DNA of 64,000 nt from Cetorhinus maximus (Eukaryota). The position numbers and the translations under genes are program-made. The notes beneath the pieces are model-generated. The model saw only the letters and a list, made by a program, of their open reading frames with translations, did no database searches and was not told the DNA's origin. The stretch covers positions 558,001-622,000 of the forward strand of contig NW_027596187.1 in NCBI RefSeq assembly GCF_964194155.1. Reading direction: 5' to 3'. Positions 37,770-49,479 of this stretch are shown here, piece by piece (position 1 is the stretch's first letter; each line of letters starts with the position of its first letter).

Positions 37770-37885
37770 AACTATGCTTCAGTTCTGCCGAAGGGCCGTG
37801 AAGGCTCGAAACGTTAACTGATTTCTTCTCCACCAATGCTGCCAGACCTGCTGAGTTTTTCCAGGTAATTCTGTTTTTGTTTTCT
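37770..37885 (+). mobile_element. Penelope-like terminal fragment with a degenerate hammerhead-ribozyme motif
   Basis: CAGTT-CTGCCGA-AGGGCC gtgaa GGCTC-GAAACGTT-AACTG, followed by sequence shared with the 21821-21915 palindrome. Confidence 0.6.
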
Positions 37886-39315
37886 TTTTTATTCTTCCTA
37901 CCAGAATGAACAATTTCACATTTACCCATATTATATTTCATTTGCCAGGTCTTTGCCCACTCCCTTAACCTATTTATGTCACTTTGTAGCCTCCTTATGT
38001 CCTTTTCACAATTTACTTTCCTACCTCTCTTTGTGTCATCAGGAAATTCAGCCACCATCCTTTGGTCCCTCCATTCGAGGCATTTATATAAATTGTAAAA
38101 GGTTGAGGCCCCAGTACTGATCCCTTGGCACACCACTCGTCATATCCTGTCAACCAGAAAAAACAAACATATATGCCAACTCTCCGCTTCCTGTTGTCTA
38201 GCCAATTTTCTATTCATGTCAATACGTTACCCCCTACACCATGAGCTTTTATTTTCTGCAATAACTTCTGATGTGGCACTTTAGCAAATGCCTTCTGGAA
38301 ATTTAAGTACAGTACATCCACCGGTTCCCCTTTATTCACAGCACGTGACTCTTTCAAAGAATTCCAATAAATTGGTTAAACATGATTTCCCTTTCACAAA
38401 ACCATGTCGACTCTGCCTGATTGCCTTGAATTTTTCTAAGTGCCCTGCTATATCTTTAATAATAGCTTCTAACATTTTCCCTATGACAGATGTTAGGCTA
38501 ACTGGCCTGTAGCTTCCTGCTTCCTGTCTCCCTCCCTTTTTGAATCAAGGAGTTACATTTGCTATTTTCCAATTGGAACCTTCCCTGAATATAGGGAATT
38601 TTGGAAAATTAAAACCAACTATCTCACTAGCCACTTCTTTCAAGACCTTAGTGTGAAGTCCATCCAGACTTCAGGATTTGTCAGTCTGCAGCCCCAACAA
38701 TTTGCTTAATACCACTTCCCTGATGATTGTAATTTTCCTGAGTTCCTCCCTCCCTTCCATTTCCTGATTTACAGCTAATCCAGGATGTTACTTGTGCCCT
38801 CTATTTGAAGACCAAAGCAAAGTATGTGTTTAATTAATTCGCCTTCTCCCTACTTTCCATTATCAATTCCCCAGATGCACTTTCTATAGGACCAACTTTG
38901 TCAACTCTTTTCTTATTTAAAACTATAGAAACTCTTCCTATCTGTCTTTATATTACTAGCTGGCTTTCTCTCATACTCTAATTTTTCCCTCCTTATTAAT
39001 GTTTTTGTTATTTTTTACTGTTCTTTATATTCTATCCAATTTTCTGACCTGCCACCTGTCTTTGCATAATTGTATGTTTTTCTTTAAGTTTGTTACTGTC
39101 TTTAACGTTTTTTGTTAACCACTGATGATGGGACCTCCCCTTGGAATTTTTCTTTCTCATTGGAATGTCCTGTGTATTCTGAAGTATCCCTTTAAATGTC
39201 TGCCACTAAATTTCTATTGACCTATCCCTTAACCTCATTGGCCAATTCACTTTAGCTAGCTCCGCTTTCATGCCATCATAATTGCCCTTATTTAAGTTTA
39301 AAATACTAGTCTCGG

Positions 39316-39485
39316 AAGCTCAGTGATTAAGTATATTTAAAGCAGAGATTGACAGATTTCTAAGTGCCAATAACATAAAGGGATATGGGGATAGTGTGGG
39401 AAAAAGGCATTGGAGTGGATGATCAGCCATGATCGTATTGAATAGCGGAGCAGGCACAATGGGCTGAGTGGCCTCCTCCGGCTCC
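39316..39485 (+). mobile_element. Short CR1 3' tail
   Basis: Nearly identical to 40747-40915. Confidence 0.85.
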
Positions 39486-39554
39486 CTCAAAACAAATGTA
39501 AAACTCAATCATATTATGATCGCTGCTACCTTGGGGTGCTTTCACTATGAGGAG

Positions 39555-40930
39555 CCAATGGGGAACCACGGACTGGTTAGCCAGTAGTAGCAAATATGCT
39601 CGAATCTATTATAAAGGATGTGATAAATGGACACTTGGATAATCATGATCTGTTTGGGCATAGTCAACGTGTTTATGAATGGGAAATCATGGTTGACAAA
39701 CGTGTTGGAGTTTTTGAGGATGTTATGAAGAGAACTGATAAAGGGGAGTCAGTGGATGTAGCGCATGTACTTGGATTTTCAGAAGGTTTTTGATAAAGTC
39801 CCCCACAGGAGGTTGGTTAGCAAAATTAAAGCACATGGGATAGGAGGTGATATACAGGCATGGATTAAGGATTGGTTAACAGGCAGAAAACAGAGAGTTG
39901 GAATAAACGGGTCATCCTCGGCAGGCTGTGACTAGTGAGGTACAGCAAGAATCAGCACTTGGACCCTATCTGTTCACAATATATATCAATGATTTGGATG
40001 TGGGGACCAAATGTAATATTTCCACAATTGCGGGTGACACAGAGCTAGTTGGGAATGTGGCTTGTGAGGAAGACGCAAAGCGGCTTGAAGAGGATTTGGA
40101 CAGACTTAGTGAGTGGGCAAGAATATAGCATGGAAAAATATGAGGTTATCCACTTTGGTTGGAGGAATAAATGCGCAGAGTATTTCTTAAATGGTGAAAG
40201 ATTAGAAAGTGTAGGTGTCCAAAGGGACCTGGGTGTCCTTGTCCATAAGTTACTGAAGACTAACATGCAGGTGCAGCAGGCAGCTAGGAAGGCTAATGGT
40301 GTGTTAGAGTTTATTGCAAGAGGTTTTGAGTACAGGAGAAGTGAAGTCTTACTTCAATTGTATAGAAGCTTGGTTAGATTGCACCTGGAGTACTGTGTGC
40401 AGTTTTGGTCCCCTTACCTTAGGAAGGATATTATTGCCATAGAGGGAGCAAAGATTCATCAGACTTGTTCCCGAATGGCGGGATTGTCCTATGAAGAGAG
40501 ATTGGGGAAACTGGGCCTGTATTCTCTAGAGTTTCAAAAAAGAGAAGTGATCTCATTGAAACCTACAAAATACTGAAAGAAATAGACAGGGTCGAAGCAG
40601 GGGAGATGTTTCCCCTGGTTGGGGAATCTAGAACCAAGGGACACTATTTCAAAATAAGGGGGAAGCCAATTCGGACTGAGATGAGGAGAATTTCTTCACT
40701 CAGAGGGTTGTGAATCTTTGGAATTCTCTAACCCAGAGGGCCGTGAAAGCTCAGTCATTGAGTATGTTTAAAGCAGAGATTGACAGATTTCTAAATGCCA
40801 ATAACATAAAGGGATATGGGGATGGTGTGGGGGAAAAAGGCATTGGAGTGGATGATCAGCTATGATCGTATTGAATGGCGGAGCAGGCACGATGGGCTGT
40901 ATGGCCTCCTCCTGTTCCTACGTCCCTAAT
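39555..40930 (+). mobile_element. CR1 LINE RT to 3' end, frameshifted
   Basis: LESIIKDVINGHL, LFTIYINDLD, EVIHFG, LHLEYCVQFWSPYLRKD. Confidence 0.92.
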
Positions 40931-40949
40931 CCCATGTAGAACCCCAAGG

Positions 40950-41242
40950 GAGGTGGTGCGAAGGGGGTGGAGAGAGAAAGGGGGAGAGAATGGGTAGGGG
41001 AGAGAAAGGGAGGGGGAGAGAGGGGGAGGGGTTGGGAGGGGGAACGGGAGAGAGGAAGGAGGGCAGAGTGGTAGAGGATGAGGGGTGGAGAGGATGAGGG
41101 GTGGAGAGGGTGAGGGTGGAGAGGGTGAGGGTGGAGAGGATGAGGGTGGAGAGGGTGAGGGTGGAGGGGGAGAGACTGCTAGGGGGTGGAGAGGGGGAAT
41201 GGGAGAGAGGGTTAGGGGTGGAGAGCTTGAGAGGGGGAGAAG
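40950..41242. repeat. Purine-rich low-complexity tract with 15-bp GAGGGTGGAGAGGGT units
   Basis: Direct inspection. Confidence 0.9.
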
Positions 41243-41377
41243 GTTCAATGACAAGCTGCAAAATTGAAGTCAATAATTTTGGTAAGATCGATAGAAAAAA
41301 AGACCATGGCAACTTGTTCCTAAAAAAATAATACATATCCTTAGATAGCTATGGGTGGTCATTTATCATTGAGTCTA

Positions 41378-42642
41378 GGGGCAGAATCATTCCAAATTCG
41401 CACAAAGTGTAGTAGCGGGTGGGAAAAACATTGTTTTACCTGCTGGCCGCAATGGCAGGTTATCGCACTGTATCATCCATTCCCACTTCATTATTTACGC
41501 AGCCACAACAAACACACTGTCTCACTAGCGGGTGGCCTCCGATTTCCCCACCACGCTGTTACCTCACCGCTTCCTCACCTAGGGCACCGTGTTTATACTG
41601 CACACTTTTCTCAATGCTTGCAGCCCAGGAGGGCTTTAGTGAAGGCATGGCCCCAAAAGCCAAGACGAGTGCAGCCCCTCCTCCAATTCAGTGACACATC
41701 CCTGGGATGTCTTCTAGACACCACAACGTCCTCTACTCCTGCTCTGGCCACAGGAGGCCCATCAGTCTCACCACTCCGGCTTGGGAGGTGCTGGTAGATG
41801 TGGTCTGTGCTGACAAGAGGTTGGCCATCCATTGCAGAGAATGGATAAATGATCTCATCTGTGCCACCAGGGTAAGGAAACCATCTCATCACCCTGAACT
41901 CATACACCCAACAAGCTCATCACACATTCACTGGCATCTCACCCACTGCCAGCTCAAGGGACATCACCACTCACACTCTCACACGCACCCTCACATCTCC
42001 ATCTGGCCTGAACTCCTCTGGAGACTGCCTCCTCAGCCCTCACCATCTTGAGGCCACTTGCCCATCTCAATATGTGCCCCACAAACACACAACATACCCC
42101 CTCCTCTAGTACAGCCATCGTCCTGCAGCCTCTTGCCTTGCCTGAGGCCACTTCTCCCCCTTCCCCAAGCAAGCCCTAGACCTGCAGCCAATGAAAAACC
42201 GCCCCCGCTTTATGGCTGGTTTGGTAGGTAGAGACCAGCATGTGAGCCCCTCTAGAAGTGATGTGGTGCTGTGTGTGAAGCTTGGTGCTGATGACTGCGA
42301 GTGCTGCTCGAAGCAAGGTAGGCAAACAAACCTCGCAGTCCCGAGCGACGTGTAGCTCGCCAGGTGCGTGTCGCTTACGTACAGTTGTGAAACATGTCGG
42401 CGTGTGCCCAGATGATCCAGTAGGGTCGATGATTCAGGAGAGCAGAGCTTATAATGAGCTGCTAAAGCATTGAAATGAGGTTCCTGACATGCGGTGGTGG
42501 GAAACGCGGCCCATGCGGGTGGAGCGGATGGTCGGAAACTGGTTTCACGACAGCATGAAACCGATGTTTGGCCTTCTCGCCAAAATGTCCCCCCCATGCC
42601 CGTCATGATGCTCAATGCCAACGGGGCTGGAAAATTCCAGCC
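41378..42642 (+). mobile_element. Harbinger/PIF-type element carrying a decayed Myb/SANT-like ORF
   Basis: MAPKAKTSAAP / FSDTSLGCLLD / VLYSCSGHRRP..TTPAWEVLVDVV..KRLAIHCREWINDL resembles Harbinger Myb-like proteins, followed by a GTAAGG donor; termini GGGGCAGAATCATTCC and GGAAAATTCCAGCC followed by TAA. Confidence 0.7.
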
Positions 42643-42849
42643 TAAGAGAATTTACATATATTTTTAATTCATACAAAGGATAAACTGATGAAATAAGAAA
42701 TAACGAGTTGCATGCATATAGCACATTTCAGGATCTTAGGACAGCCCAAAGTGCTCTTCAACAACAACAACTTGAATTTATAAAGTGTCTTTACATAGTA
42801 AAATGTCCCAAGGCTTTTCACATGAGCAATTACCAATTGCCAAAGAGAA

Positions 42850-43133
42850 AAGTGTGGGGGACAGCCATTCCCTTTGTTTCTCATGGCAATGCCTTGACCA
42901 ATCAGGGTCGACCTGCCTGGTTTAAATTTGAAGAAAAACTGACAGCTAACAGTTCTCTGCTGCATTTTCCATGACAATGCGTCCACCAATCAGAGTCCAC
43001 TTGTCAATCAATTAGCACTCTCTTCCCATGCAGTATAAATTGTTGTTCCCTTTACTATTGGCTTATCTTGCAAGCAGTCCTGATGAGTGCAAGACAAAAA
43101 GCTTCAATAGCATGTCTCTTCTTTCAACAATAG
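42850..43133 (+). mobile_element. Penelope-like terminal repeat fragment with hammerhead-like motif
   Basis: GTCCTGATGAGTGCAAGACAAAAAGCTTC at 43077-43105; same family as 57074-57320. Confidence 0.55.
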
Positions 43134-43199
43134 AAAAGTTTTAAGGAGTGTCTTAAAGGAGAGAGAGAGAGAGAGAGAGAGGTGAAGAGGTTTCAGCAG

Positions 43200-44223
43200 T
43201 GTTATGATCCCCATGGGGGAACTGTAATCAAAATAACCAAATTTACTGAACGACCCAAAATGAACAAATTACTAACAAGATTCCACATTTTGTAGCTTTC
43301 GCTTTAACACAGATCAGAACAAATGCAAATTATACATGAATCAAAAGGCCAATTATATTTCAAATTAAAAAAAAGATAAATTTCATTTTAAATAGTCATA
43401 CAAGAACGATATGTCTTACAGAACAAAAGCAATCCTATCATTTCTAGCACAAAAGTGGAACTACATAGCTACAAAGTTCCACACTGCACTGTTCTTTATT
43501 CATGCAGGGTAATGACAAGAGTCCGATCTGACAACAGCTTTTACCTTGGAGTTTCACGGATACGATATCATCAGCAAGACCCTCTCCTATGAACCCTCTC
43601 TTCCTTGAGTTACAACAGTCCTGATGATGTTGCTTTCCAGAGGTTCTTTTCAACTGACCAACCAATAACAGCCTGCTTCATGGTTTGGTCACTTTTGGGT
43701 AAACATTCAGCTCTTTAGCATCCCTGAGCTACTCACACAGCTTTCCAGGTTTTAGACCTTTCCTTTGTCAGCTCGTATAGTACCTCCTGCCTCCTTTTCT
43801 GCCAAACAGAAAAAAACGGACCTCTTCCTGAGAGTGATTTACTTCTTCTCACCACAAGAATTCGACGTGCTCCTCTTTCTATCACTGTCTGCTTTTGCTT
43901 TTTGTCTGCATGTGTCTCTTCATCCTCCAGCTCCTCTGCGTGTAGTTCTCCTTTGTGTCTGCAGCTCTCCTTCATTTCTGCTAGGCTACATGGTTTCTTT
44001 CTTAACTGCCTTCGTTTTGGTACTACTTCCAGGTCAGGGGTTACCAGATCACATGGACCAGTATCTATTGCTATCCCAGAAGATTACAATTGATGCCTTT
44101 ATAATTGATGCAAACCCTTGACATTCCTTTTCAAACATTCTTAAAAGCAATTCGAGACTCCCGACATTTTAAAGAAATTACAAATTTTACTTACTGTTCT
44201 GCTTGAGGTCAAACATCGTCACA
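43200..44223. mobile_element. Probable solo LTR (1024 bp)
   Basis: Begins TGTTATGAT, ends ATCGTCACA (TG...CA, 7/9 inverted match); flanks GCAG/GCTG; L2 sequence resumes on both sides. Confidence 0.72.
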
Positions 44224-44819
44224 GCTGAGAATTTCAGATCTTAGGGCCCAAGCAGCCGAAGGCAGGACTATCAATGGGGGAGCAATGGAAATTGCTGATG
44301 CACAAAGAGCCAGAATTAGAGGAGTGCAGAGATCTGGGAGGGTTGCAGGGCTGGAGGAGATTACAGAGGTAGGGTGCAGTGAGGCTGTGGAGGCATTCTA
44401 AAACAAGACTGAGAATTTTAAAACCAAGGCAACGTTGGACCAGTGAATAATGTGGATAAAATGGGCGATGGATGAATGGGACGTCACTGCTTCTATGTTC
44501 CACTGATCCAAAGCCTTCCTGTATGAGGGAAGGCGATTGGCAGAGTTTTGGATGCTATGAGATGCGGGGGGGAGGGGGTTGCAAAGTGGGAAGCCAGCCA
44601 GGGAAGAATGGGAATATTCCAGTCTGGAGGTAAGAAAGGCGAGGAAGAGAAAGGTTGCAGAGAAGGTAATTTGCAGTGCGCTCACTGCTGCAATTCCAAT
44701 TTTAAAGTTGCCACACTTGCTGATAAATACCGCAGGAATGGAGCGGAAATCAAGGATTTGTGCACCACCTTCTCATAATGTTTGCGTTCAGACCTTGAGT
44801 TTGTTCATTACAAGATAAT

Positions 44820-45080
44820 CGCAAGGCGTTGGGCAATACTTGCCTATGTTTCCGAGAGTTTTGAGCGGAAGAGTATTCAGTAGGTTGGTTTTTAAAGGAG
44901 TTCCGCCCATCCGGCTATGGCGGCGCGCCTTCCCATAGTGCACAGCGGGCCAGAAAGCGCTGTATCAGCTGCATGGGAGCCGGCTGCACAAAGGACTGCG
45001 GTGCAGTGTGGGTCAGGGAGCTGAGCCTGGGCTTCGCGAGCTTGGTGCAAGGACAGGGGCTGGGACCAGGGGTAGAACAG
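44820..45080 (+). promoter_or_regulatory. Small CpG-rich promoter/first-exon region, probably of ZNF-B
   Basis: GAGCGGAAG (ETS-like), TTCCGCCC and ATGGCGGCG (YY1-like); CpG cluster; downstream donor CCG|GTAGGT at 46601. Confidence 0.55.
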
Positions 45081-46592
45081 GAGCTGCCGTGCAGATCCCA
45101 GCAAGAACTGCCCAGCAGATCCCAGCAAGAACTGCCCAGCAGATCCCAGCAAGAACTGCCCAGCAGATCCCCAGCAAGAACTGCCCAGCAGATCCCCAGC
45201 AAGAACTGCCCAGCAGATCCCCAGCAAGAACTGCCCAGCAGATCCCCAGCAAGAACTGCCCAGCAGATCCCCAGCAAGAACTGCCCAGCAGATCCCAGCA
45301 AGAACTGCCCAGCAGATCCCCAGCGAGAACTGCCCAGCAGATCCCCAGCAAGAACTGCCCAGCAGATCCCCAGCAAGAACTGCCCAGCAGATCCCCAGCA
45401 AGAACTGCCCAGCAGATCCCAGCAAGAACTGTCCAGCAGGTCCCAGACAAAGCTGCCCAGCAGATCCCAGACAGAGCTTCCCAGCAGATCCCAGCAAGCA
45501 CTGCCTAACAGATCCCAGACGGAGTTGCCCAGCAAAAACTGCCCAGCAGATCCCAGCAAGAACTGCCCAGCAAGAACTGCTCAGCAGATCCCAGCAATAA
45601 CTGCCCAGCAGACCCCAGACGGAGCTGCCCAGCAGATCCCAGACAGAGCCTCCCAGCAGATCCCAGCAAGCACTGCCTAACAGATCCCAGACGGAGTTGC
45701 CCAGCAGATCCCAGCAAAAACTGCCCAGCAGATTCCAGCAAGAGCTGCCCAGCAGATCCCAGACAGAGCTTCCCAGCAGATCCCATCAAGAGCTGCCTAG
45801 CAGATCCCAGCAAGTGCTGCCCAGCAGATCCCAGATAGGGCGACCAGGCAAATTCCAGACAGAGGTGCCCAGCAGATCCCTGCAAGAGCTGCCCAGCAGA
45901 TCTCAGCAAAAGCGGTCCAGCACACATCAACCATAGCTGTCCAGCTGATCTTAAAAAAAAATGCTACCCAGGGGATCCCAGCAAGAGCAGCCCATCAGAT
46001 CCCAGAAAGAGCTGCCCTGCAGATCCCAGCAAGTGCAGCCCAGCAGATCCCAGCAACAGCTGCCCAGCGGATCCCTGACAGAGCTGCCCTACAAATCCCA
46101 GCAAGAGCTGCCTAGCAAATCCCAGCAGGAACTGCCCAGCAGATCCCAGCAAGAGCTTCTCAGCAGATCCCAGCAGGAGCTGCCCAGCAGATCCCAGCAA
46201 GAGCTGTCTGGCAAAAATCAGCAAGAACTGCCCAGCAGATCCCAGAAAGCGTTACCCAGTAGCTTCCAGACAGTGTTGCCCAGCAGATCCCACCAAGTGC
46301 TGCCCTGCAGATCCCAGCAGGAGCTACCCAGCAGATCCCAGCAAGAGCTGTCCAGCACACATCAGCCAGAGCCGTCCAGCAGATCCCAGCAGGAGCTGCC
46401 CAGCAGATCCCAGCAGGAGCTGCCCATCAGATCCCAGCAAGAGCTGCCCAGCAGATCCCAACCAGAGCTGTCCAGCAGATCCCAGCAGGAGCTACCCAGC
46501 AGATCCCAGCAAGAACTGCCTTCAGTTGATCTCAGCGAGAGCTGCCCAGTGGACCCCAGACAGAGCTGCCCAGTGGATCCCAGCAAGAGCTG
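45080..46592. repeat. 24-bp minisatellite (AGATCCCAGCAAGAGCTGCCCAGC), with 25-bp and 14-bp variants in the 5' half
   Basis: Direct inspection; reads (RSQQELPS)n in one frame. Confidence 0.96.
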
Positions 46593-46601
46593 GGAGGCCC
46601 G
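45961..46601 (+). CDS. Candidate upstream coding exon of ZNF-B: (SQQELPSR)n repeat domain, 213 codons + 2 nt
   Basis: ATG at 45961, open to donor CG|GTAGGT (phase 2), matching the phase-2 acceptor at 51079/51080; could instead be 5' UTR. Confidence 0.35.
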
Positions 46602-46779
46602 GTAGGTAGGGCTGGACCTAGGGGGTGGGGAAAGGGAAAGAGAGAGAAATTCTTGTTTAATCCAGATTGTAATTTTATTTTACGGTAGAGGCTGCATTTT
46701 ATGCATCATCTTTCATTGAACAATTCTGTTTGCTAAGGATTTTAGTAAAGTATATAATTTTGCAGGGAGCTTATTAATG

Positions 46780-47125
46780 CAGTCTTCAAAATACTCATGT
46801 GTGTTTGATCATCTCTCTAAACTCCTGCAGCCTTCCAGTGCCTCTGCACTCCTACAATTCTGGTGTCTGGTGCATCCACACTGCCCCCAGCTCCCATTGC
46901 TCCACTGTTGGTGGTCGTGTCTTTGGCTACCTGGGCCCTGTAAGCTCAGGAACGCCCTCCCTCAAACCTCTCCGCTCCTCTGTCCCCTCTCCCCTGTCCT
47001 TTCGAATGCTCCTCTTTAACTGAACCTTTGGTCGCCTGCCCTAATGTCTCCCCATGTAGCTCGCTGCTTCTGTGAAGCCTTGGGGCATCTTCACTATGTC
47101 AAAGGCGCCATATACATTGTTGAGG
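46780..47125 (+). mobile_element. Decayed L2-type 3' end
   Basis: Similar to the reverse complement of 44224-44400; tail GTGAAGCCTTGGGGCATC...AAAGGCGCCATATA. Confidence 0.6.
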
Positions 47126-47489
47126 GTGTAGGGCTTATCAGTCTGGTGCCCACATTGAATTGGAGGATTTGGTGAGTTCAAAATGCCAGCAAGGAGCATG
47201 TTGGGTTTACCAAGTGTGGTAATCGCCACTGACATTGCTGCCAAAAATGTACCCAACGGATTCACCGATGCCATGTTTGGTTTACACATCAGCTTCAAAC
47301 TGGCCTCGCAAGTCCTGAAGTTGTAATGAATGGAGCGGGGAACGAGCGCTGCTTTGCCAGTGCAGGTTCCAAAATATAGGCCTCCTTTTGCTTCTGAGGG
47401 TAGTTTGATTCAGTTTCAACAATGCTTTGACACCCTTAAGCACCATGTTTCAGCAATTGCATTGCCAGAGTTGTTATCAGATGGATATC

Positions 47490-48272
47490 TGTGGAAAGCA
47501 TTCATTTTGGCAGGAAGAATAAAAGAGAAGCTTATTATCTAAACGGTGAGAGATTGCAGAGCTCTGAGGTACAGAGGGATCTGGGTGTCCTAGTGCATGA
47601 ATCACTGAAGGTTAGTTTGCAGGTACAGTAAGTAATTAGGAAAGCTAATAGAATGTTATCATTTATTGTGAGGGGAACTGATTACAAAAGTAGGGAGGTT
47701 ATGCTTCAGTTGTACAGGGCACTGGTGAGACTACATCTGCTGGAGTATTGTGTACAATATTGGGTCTCCTTATTTACAGCAAGATATAAATGCATTAAAA
47801 GCAGTTCATAAAGGGTTTACTAAACTAGTACCAGGACAACTGGGTTGTCTTATGAGGAAAGGCTGGACAGGGTTATCCATTGGAATGTAGAAGAGTAAGA
47901 GGCGATTTAATTGAAACCTTTAAGACCCTGAGGGGTCTTGATAGGGTGGATGTGGAGAGGATGTTTCCTCTTGTGGGAGAATCTAGAACTAGGGATCACT
48001 GTTTAAAAATAGGTGTCGCTCATTTAAAGAAATTTTTTTTCTCTCAGAGGGTTCTCAGTCTTTGGAACTCTCTTCCTGAGTGGAAGCAGAGTCTTTGAAT
48101 ATTTTCAAGGCAGAGCTAGATAGATTCTTGATGAACAAGGGGGGTGAAAGGTTATCGGGGGGAGGCAGGAATGTGGGGTGGAGGTTAGATTCAGATCAGC
48201 CATGATGTTACTGAATGGCAGAGCAGGCTCGAGAGGGGCCGAGTGGCCTACTCCTAATCCGTATGTTCGTAT
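47490..48272 (+). mobile_element. CR1 3' region
   Basis: RRVRGDLIETFKTLRGLDRVDVERMFPLVGESRTRDH and 3' tail. Confidence 0.9.
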
Positions 48273-48519
48273 CTCGGTGAGTTGAATTGGTGATAGTGGG
48301 TTCATTTCAGGGGAAGGGGATATTGGTGGTCTGGGGTCCTCGAGCTGTTGGGATGGAGCTGGGGCAGGTGAGGGAAAAATAAAGCTTGAGTGTTGGTGGG
48401 AGTGACTCGTCATTGAGGCCAGAACCTGCCCTGGCCAATCCAGTTAACAGAGAGAGGTAACAAACCTTCGTTGAGGAGGTTAAGGTGGAGGGGGGGTGGG
48501 GATGTGACAGAGGCATTCA

Positions 48520-48765
48520 GACCATGAAGGTGACCATGAAATTATCATCAATTGTTGTAAAAACCCATCTGGTTCAGTATTGTCCCTTTAGGGAAGGAAA
48601 TCTGCCATCCTTACCTGGTCTGGCCTACATGTGCCTCCAGACCCACAACAATGTGGCTGACCTCTAACTACCCTCTGAAATGGCCAAACAAGACACTCAG
48701 TTCAAGAGCAACTAGGGATGGGCCAGAACTGCTGGCCTCACCAGCAATGCCCACATTCCAGGAAA
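48520..48765 (+). mobile_element. tRNA-derived SINE 'family B' body and tail
   Basis: AAAACCCATCTGGTTCA...GGGAAGGAAATCTGCC..CCTTACCTGGTCTGGCCTACATG, shared with copies at 50638, 58425 and 62157. Confidence 0.8.
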
Positions 48766-48789
48766 GAATAATGTTTTAAAAATTGCATC

Positions 48790-49145
48790 CTTAATTTAAG
48801 GTGAAGGGGTGATCGAATTTCAGCATTTAAGATAATTAAAGGGTTTGATGGAGTAAATAGAAGGAAACTAGGGGTTGGGGCGAGTCCAGGACATGTGGGC
48901 ATTACCTTAAAGTTCGAGCCAGGCTGCCAGGGAAACACTTCTTCACACAAGAGGCTCATCTAGAGTCCCTCTCCCCCAAAATGCTGTCAAGGATGGAGCT
49001 CAGTTGACAATTTCAAAACTGAGGAGAGATTTTTTTTGTTGCTAAGGGTTACGGGACCAAGGATGAAGCAAAAACACAGATCAGCCATGGTGGAACTGAA
49101 TGGCGGAGCAGACTTGTAGGGCTGAATGGCCTCCTCCTGCTGGTA
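48790..49145 (+). mobile_element. Decayed CR1 3' end
   Basis: Tail GGGCTGAATGGCCTCCTCCTG. Confidence 0.65.
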
Positions 49146-49202
49146 TGGAGACATGACCTCATGTGGTTGGAGGAGAGCATGCCAGGTGACCTCTGAACCC
49201 TG

Positions 49203-49410
49203 TAATGGTGACCATCTTCAAAAAAAGGAGACAGGATTGACTGCGGTGACTACAGAGGGACGTCTCTGCTGACCGGCACCGGGAAGGTCATTGCAAGAGG
49301 CCTTCTCAATCGCCTTCTCCCCATGGCTGAAGAGCTCCTACCGGAGTCACAATGCGGATTCCATCCATCAGGAGGCGCAGTGGACATCGACCTTCACCGA
49401 GAACCACTCG
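49203..49410 (+). mobile_element. RTE-clade LINE RT fragment
   Basis: VTIFKK / GDRIDCGDYRGTSLLTGTGKVIARGLLNRLLPMAEELLPESQCGF, a typical RTE/BovB RT N-terminal block. Confidence 0.8.
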
Positions 49411-49479
49411 CTGTCTTTGACCAGCAATGCACCAAGACATTTGAGGTATCCCAGTACTGCTGAGAGACATGTGACTGAT

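Larger units (their letters stand above)
37341..39550 (-). mobile_element. CR1 LINE, minus strand, with inserts at 37770-37885 and 39316-39485
   Basis: VQRDLGVL, LVRPHLDYCVQ, EFPDDTK, WQMKYNMGKCEIVH; closely similar to 13545-15220. Confidence 0.9.
42758..44640 (-). mobile_element. L2-type LINE 3' part, split by a Penelope-like insert and a solo LTR
   Basis: LTSRLEYSHSSLAGFP, IQNSANRL, QRCLGFKILSLV..LHSLTAPYLCNLLQP; segments 42758-42830, 43134-43199 and 44224-44640. Confidence 0.75.

Noticed and set aside
44917-45960. One continuous repeat protein starting at ATG 44917 or 44973
   Set aside because: The 44917 frame stops after about 35 codons; 25-bp and 14-bp units and stops in the repeat frame (about 45597, 45934-45954) break the ORF
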